Positions 59,228 through 64,000 of a stretch of DNA of 64,000 bases are shown piece by piece. Each line of letters starts with the position of its first letter. Position 1 is the stretch's first letter. Origin of the DNA: Nitrospiraceae bacterium (GTDB lineage: Bacteria; Nitrospirota; Nitrospiria; Nitrospirales; Nitrospiraceae); contig JBFWWG010000005.1 of NCBI GenBank assembly GCA_050246315.1, positions 32,001-96,000 on the forward strand, given 5' to 3'. The notes beneath the pieces are model-generated. The model was not told where the DNA came from. It saw only the letters and a list, made by a program, of their open reading frames with translations, and made no database searches. The translations under genes and the position numbers were made by a program.

Positions 59228-60520
59228 TCAAGGCGGCAACGGGCGTCCCTTGGTTTCAGGTGCGAACGGCAAGACCAACAGGCCAACCAGATAAATGAGT
59301 CCGACTGCGCTGGCCGCACTGCCCACCTGACCGAACATTGCGACGAGCGAACCGGTGAGAAACGGACCGCCCGACGCCAGCACGCGCCCCGCATTGAAGC
59401 AGAAGCCGGCTCCCGTGGCGCGTATGCGCGTCGGATAGAGCTCGGGTAAATAGATCGGGAAACCGCTGAAGATGCCGTTGTTGAAAAAACCAAGGACTGG
59501 AAGGCACAGCAACAGGTAACGGTAGGATTCCACATACAGGAAGGTGACCGGCAGCATGACCACACTGCCGAGACACATCAATCCAAATACAGGACGGCGT
59601 CCCCAACGATCCGCGAGGAGACCGAAGCTGAGATAGCCGAATAGAGCGCCGGCATTGAGGCACATGATGGCGTAGCTGACGAAGGGTGCGATCTCAGACT
59701 TGGTCAATCCCTGCATGTCCGAGAACGAGTGGATCAAGGTCGGGGTCCAGTTAGTCGCCCCCCAGAGGCCAAACACGGCCACAAAGGCCAGGATTGATCC
59801 GACCAAAGTGGATCGTAGGAATCTCGGCTGAAACAATTCGCCGAGGCGAGAGAAGACGCCGTCCCGTTGCTGCGCCAGTTCCTCGGAATGGACACGGGTC
59901 CAGCGTTCCGGTTCCTTGACCCACCACCGCACCAAGAAGGCGACCAGGGCGGGGGCCACGCCGGCCACAAAGAGCCAGCGCCAGCCGTATCCCTTTAACA
60001 GGAGATTCAACAGCGCCGCGAGAAAAAATCCGACGGCCCAGGCCGACTGTAAGATCCCGGCGGCCTTGGCGCGTTTCTCTTCCGGCCAGACCTCGGCGAC
60101 GATCGCGGCGCCGGCAGCCCATTCTCCGCCGATACCCAGGGCCGTGAGAAAACGAAAGATTGCCAACTGCCACCATTCTTGCGCGAGCGCGGCCAACCCC
60201 GTAAAACCGGCGTATATCAGAATCGTTGCGATGAGCGTCCTGGTGCGGCCGAATCGATCCGCCAGGATGCCGAAAATGATTCCCCCGGCTGCCCACCCGA
60301 TCAGGAAGACCGAGAAGATGATGCCGCCGTACCAACTGATGCTTTCCGCATCGGCGACGATGACGGTCCGTCCCACCAACAGTTCTTCCAGCGCCGGGTG
60401 TAGCACAATCGCGTAAATCGTGGCGTCCATGGCGTCGAACACCCATCCGAGCCAGGCCACGAGGAGCACCATCCATTGATAGCGTGTAACGGATCGGAAC
60501 CAGGACGGCATGAAGTGCAT
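59228..60520 (-). CDS. MFS transporter
   Basis: GILADRFGR, GIGGEW, PELYPTRIRATG, PETKG. Confidence 0.92.
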   Translation of the reverse strand: MHFMPSWFRSVTRYQWMVLLVAWLGWVFDAMDATIYAIVLHPALEELLVGRTVIVADAESISWYGGIIFSVFLIGWAAGGIIFGILADRFGRTRTLIATILIYAGFTGLAALAQEWWQLAIFRFLTALGIGGEWAAGAAIVAEVWPEEKRAKAAGILQSAWAVGFFLAALLNLLLKGYGWRWLFVAGVAPALVAFLVRWWVKEPERWTRVHSEELAQQRDGVFSRLGELFQPRFLRSTLVGSILAFVAVFGLWGATNWTPTLIHSFSDMQGLTKSEIAPFVSYAIMCLNAGALFGYLSFGLLADRWGRRPVFGLMCLGSVVMLPVTFLYVESYRYLLLCLPVLGFFNNGIFSGFPIYLPELYPTRIRATGAGFCFNAGRVLASGGPFLTGSLVAMFGQVGSAASAVGLIYLVGLLVLPFAPETKGRPLPP

Positions 60521-60649
60521 TCCGTGATCGAACGTTGCGCCAGGCTAGGGATCGCGCGATGCCCTGTCAAGTGATCTGCGGTAGCGCCGTGATTTGCCGC
60601 CCCGAAAAACCGGATGGTATAGTCGATTCCGAACAGGCGCGGATGGCGA

Positions 60650-61285
60650 ATGCGGATCGACTATTATGAGGTGCTCGGTGTCCGGCGTGACGCGTCGGAC
60701 GAAGAGATCAAAAGGGCGTACCGGAAGCTCGTGTTCCAGTATCACCCCGATCGCAACCCGGACAACGCCGAGGCGGAGGTCAAGATTCGGGAGCTCAACG
60801 CGGCCTATGCGGTGTTGGGCGATCAGGACGCGAGGAAGTCGTACGAACGGCTGCGTTGGGGTGCTGAGCCTCAGGACACGGGACCGGACCTGGATGTGGT
60901 CCTCGCCAGTATGTTCGGAAAGCTAGAGGACGAGGGTCGCAAAGAAATCTTCGCCCTCTGGATCAAGGAGGTCGGTCGGATCAAAGTGGAGCTGGCCATC
61001 ATTCGAGAACGGACGGTGGCGGTGCAGGGCTACGACACGTTTCGAGACGATATTGTGCTGACCCGCGGCCGGGAGATCTTGGAGGAGTTCATCACGGCCG
61101 AAATGGACCAACGCAAGGATCGCCTGCTGGACGTCGCGATGCAAATGATGAAATCGCAGCGAGTCATCGATGCCACCGATGAGCGCCAGGCGCAGGAACT
61201 GCGCGCACGGTTCGATGAGCGGCTTCGAGCCGGACGGCTCAACGGGTTGGCCGCGGCCTTAGAGCTGTTCTACCAACGGCGGTGA
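60650..61285 (+). CDS. J-domain protein
   Basis: DYYEVLGV...HPDRN. Confidence 0.88.
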   Translation: MRIDYYEVLGVRRDASDEEIKRAYRKLVFQYHPDRNPDNAEAEVKIRELNAAYAVLGDQDARKSYERLRWGAEPQDTGPDLDVVLASMFGKLEDEGRKEIFALWIKEVGRIKVELAIIRERTVAVQGYDTFRDDIVLTRGREILEEFITAEMDQRKDRLLDVAMQMMKSQRVIDATDERQAQELRARFDERLRAGRLNGLAAALELFYQRR

Positions 61286-61292
61286 TCGGTGC

Positions 61293-61374
61293 CGTCATGC
61301 GTCAATCGTCGCCGGTCATTCGCCGATCGTGAAAACGACGGCGAGGCTTGTCGATTGACGCAAGACGTTTGACG
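61293..61374. repeat. inverted heptamer arrays between convergent genes
   Basis: cgtcatg cgtcaat ... attgacg caagacg tttgacg, same family as 31684-31808. Confidence 0.65.
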
Positions 61375-61375
61375 A

Positions 61376-62587
61376 CTAACGATCTCCCGCCAAGGGGCCG
61401 CTGACCAGGCGTCCCTGCAGCATGACTCCGGCCAGGCGTTTTCGATCCCGCAACAGGCCGATCCGCTTGAGCGGATTGCCTTCTACAAGAATCAAGTCGG
61501 CCTGTTTGCCCGGGTGAATCGTTCCAATCTGGTCATCGAGGTCGAGCAGGGCTGCGGCGTGTGCTGTCGCCGCGAGGATCGCTTCCATGGGACTCATGCC
61601 CAGAGCGACCATCCGTTCCAATTCCTGCGCATTGTCGCCATGAAAATTCATGGGTGTGCCGGCGTCGGTCCCCATCGCGATGCGCACACCCAACCGATAC
61701 GCTGTCTTGAAACTTTTCTCGTGACGGGCCGACAGGTCTTTGGCCTTCCGGACAGCCGACACCGGCACTCCGGCTCCCAGCGGACAGCCGGCGGTTGTCG
61801 CCAAGGCCGAGAGGGTCGGGACCATGAAGACCCCGTGCCGGATCAAGGCCGCCGCCGCTTCATCGTCCATGAGAGTGGCATGTTCGATGGATCGGACCCC
61901 CGCGGCCACAGCCTGCTTGATGCCGGCTGCCCCATGGGCATGGGCGGCCACTCGTTTCCCGGCGCGTTGCGCCTCCTGGACGGCGCTCCGGATTTCTTCA
62001 AGGCTGAACTGTGCCTGGTCGGGTGAGGTGCCGGGCGTCAACACGCCGCCGGAAGCGATGATTTTGATGAGGTCCGCTCCGGCGGCTACCTGTTCTCGTA
62101 CCGCACGGACGATCTCGATGGGGCCGTCTGCTTCACGACCGATGAAGCGGGCATGCCCGCCCGTCATGCAGATGGCCTGGCCTGCCGCCAAGACGCGAGG
62201 TCCTGGCACCAGACCAGCGGCGATTGCCTGCCGTAAGGCAAAAATGCCGTGACCGTTGTACCCGACGTCGCGAACTGTGGTGATGCCTGCGTCAATTGTC
62301 TGTTGAGCATAATGGGCGGCTTTGAAGAGTGTCATCCCGGGAGGATCGGCCTCGACGACCGCGACCACATCCGGTTCTCCGCCTAATCCGAGATGGACAT
62401 GGCAGTCGATTAGGCCGGGAAGCACGGTCATGCCGCGCACGTCCAATTCGACCGACCCGCGGGGCACCTTGGTCGTGCGACTCAGCCCCGCAGCGAGAAT
62501 CCGGTCGTCCTTAATCACGACGGTGGCTCGTTCCAGTACCGATCCCAGGCCGTCGATCAGGCGGACATGACGGAGCGCAACGATCAT
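61376..62587 (-). CDS. metal-dependent amidohydrolase (prolidase-like)
   Basis: PGLIDCHVH, AHAHG, SIEH, GTDAG. Confidence 0.9.
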   Translation of the reverse strand: MIVALRHVRLIDGLGSVLERATVVIKDDRILAAGLSRTTKVPRGSVELDVRGMTVLPGLIDCHVHLGLGGEPDVVAVVEADPPGMTLFKAAHYAQQTIDAGITTVRDVGYNGHGIFALRQAIAAGLVPGPRVLAAGQAICMTGGHARFIGREADGPIEIVRAVREQVAAGADLIKIIASGGVLTPGTSPDQAQFSLEEIRSAVQEAQRAGKRVAAHAHGAAGIKQAVAAGVRSIEHATLMDDEAAAALIRHGVFMVPTLSALATTAGCPLGAGVPVSAVRKAKDLSARHEKSFKTAYRLGVRIAMGTDAGTPMNFHGDNAQELERMVALGMSPMEAILAATAHAAALLDLDDQIGTIHPGKQADLILVEGNPLKRIGLLRDRKRLAGVMLQGRLVSGPLAGDR

Positions 62588-62591
62588 CCGG

Positions 62592-63182
62592 TCAATCCTC
62601 AAGCGGAATCGAGATAATGAGGCCGCCCATGACATCGTTGAGCTTGAAATCACGCCGGGGGCTGTTGGGGTGGGTGTTGTGACAACTCACACAGGACTGT
62701 GAGACCGCGCGGTCGGCGTAGACGGCCTTCAAGAATCGTCCTTTGGCGGTTCTGACATAGCCGGTGAAGGGGCGATCCGGATTTTTCGCGATCGTTTCCA
62801 ATCCCTTCCGCTCAAGGTCTGAATTGGGGCCGTTCCATACATAGATAGGCGTGAGGCTCGCCAGTCGATAGGACAGTTGCAGATCTTTCTGCGCGACCAG
62901 CCGCCCATTGTCCATCAAGAATTGGGCGGGGAGCGGAAGCCCCTTCTCCTGTTTCCAATGTTCGGTGGCGTGGATAATATCCTGGTCCTGCAACCGGTTG
63001 ACGATGCTTTCCGCATAATTGGTGCGAACCGCTTCAATGACAGCATGAAGATATTCCGCTGTGCGCTCGGGCGTGACCATTGTGGGCTGGGCCTGCGAGC
63101 TTCGCCAGAGGCCAAAGCCTGCCCAGGACCCGAGAAGACCGAGCAACAGGCCGGCCACAAACCAACGTAGCGTGATCCTCAT
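62592..63182 (-). CDS. DUF3365/Tll0287-like c-type heme protein
   Basis: N-terminal TM; LPLPA, CVSCH, GGLIISIP. Confidence 0.82.
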   Translation of the reverse strand: MRITLRWFVAGLLLGLLGSWAGFGLWRSSQAQPTMVTPERTAEYLHAVIEAVRTNYAESIVNRLQDQDIIHATEHWKQEKGLPLPAQFLMDNGRLVAQKDLQLSYRLASLTPIYVWNGPNSDLERKGLETIAKNPDRPFTGYVRTAKGRFLKAVYADRAVSQSCVSCHNTHPNSPRRDFKLNDVMGGLIISIPLED

Positions 63183-64000
63183 GGGATGACTCCGTCAGCC
63201 ATCTCGGTTTTGGCGTAGATTGCAGCGGCTGCCGCGGGCGCTGCTTCCGGTCGCTCCGTCCAACGGCGTCGGGACAGGATCGCGCCCAGCGCGTTCAGAA
63301 GCATGAGCACGTTGCCGGCGGTTGCCGACTCGCCCATGAGGCCGATCCGCCAGACCCGTCCCTTCAGCACCCCTAGGCCTCCGCCGATCTCAATCCCGAA
63401 CCGATCCAACAACTCGGTACGCACTGCGGTCTCATCGATCTCAGGAGGGACAGACACACAGTTGAGCATGGGGAGTCTCACGTCAGGGGCCGGCAACGGC
63501 CTGATGGCGAGAGCCTCCAGCCCGGCCAGCAACGCACGGCTGTGAAGCTCATGTCGAGCCACCCGCGCGGGTAGGCCTTCCTCTAGGACCAGCCGCAACG
63601 ATTCCCTCAAGGCATAGATCATGGAGATGGGGGCCGTGTGGTGATAGAGGCGTTGCTGCTCCTCCCAATAGCCGGCGATCAACGAAAAATCGAGATACCA
63701 ACTCCGGCAGGCTGTGCGTCGTCGTCGAATAACAGACAGCGTGCGCTCGCTCAGCGTGACTGGCGAAAGGCCGGGCGGGCAACTCAAACATTTCTGCGTA
63801 CCGCTGTAACAGGCGTCGATCTGCCAGTTATCGACCTCCAGCGGTATGCCCGCCAATGACGTGACGGCATCGACGATAAAGAGCGCGCCGGCCTCGCGGC
63901 ACAGCCGGCCGATCGGTTCAAGATCCTGCCGGACGCCGGTGGAGGTTTCCGCGTGAACGACGGCAACCGCCTTGACTGGCGCGGAGCGACTCATCACCTC
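63179..64000 (-). CDS. class V aminotransferase (alanine-glyoxylate type), 5'-truncated by window
   Basis: HAETSTG, DAVTS, SGTQKCLSCPPG, YHHTAP, WRIGLMG. Confidence 0.9.
   Translation of the reverse strand, partial: EVMSRSAPVKAVAVVHAETSTGVRQDLEPIGRLCREAGALFIVDAVTSLAGIPLEVDNWQIDACYSGTQKCLSCPPGLSPVTLSERTLSVIRRRRTACRSWYLDFSLIAGYWEEQQRLYHHTAPISMIYALRESLRLVLEEGLPARVARHELHSRALLAGLEALAIRPLPAPDVRLPMLNCVSVPPEIDETAVRTELLDRFGIEIGGGLGVLKGRVWRIGLMGESATAGNVLMLLNALGAILSRRRWTERPEAAPAAAAAIYAKTEMADGVIP

Overview
GC-rich bacterial chromosomal window, inferred to be Nitrospira-like from gene content and intergenic repeat style (not verified by search). It holds about 50 genes, mostly redox, envelope and signalling. 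The main find is a complete diversity-generating retroelement (DGR) at ~32.3-36.9 kb, made of a target gene (TIR - STAND NTPase - coiled coil - TM helix - C-terminal FGE-sulfatase/CLec domain), a 16-bp hairpin, avd, a reverse transcriptase and a template repeat. The template (TR, 36719-36838) aligns without gaps to the target's 3' end (VR, 35033-35152), and 18 of the 26 mismatches fall on TR adenines. The cassette is bracketed by a ~52-bp direct repeat and lies between an FhlA-like sigma54 activator gene and a putative enhancer plus sigma54 promoter, which suggests it was inserted there. A second candidate system is a PilZ-like/HMG-CoA-reductase fusion gene directly upstream of a histidine kinase with two tandem 7TM sensor modules. 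Also present are a decayed region at 2-8 kb (four pseudogenes and a GMC 5' duplicate), several MITE/REP-like elements, cydAB inside a TIGR04283/DUF547/DUF3047 cluster, ydbH-ynbE-ydbL, a P450 and a truncated globin. No rRNA, tRNA or CRISPR array was recognised. All family assignments come from motif recognition by eye, not database searches.
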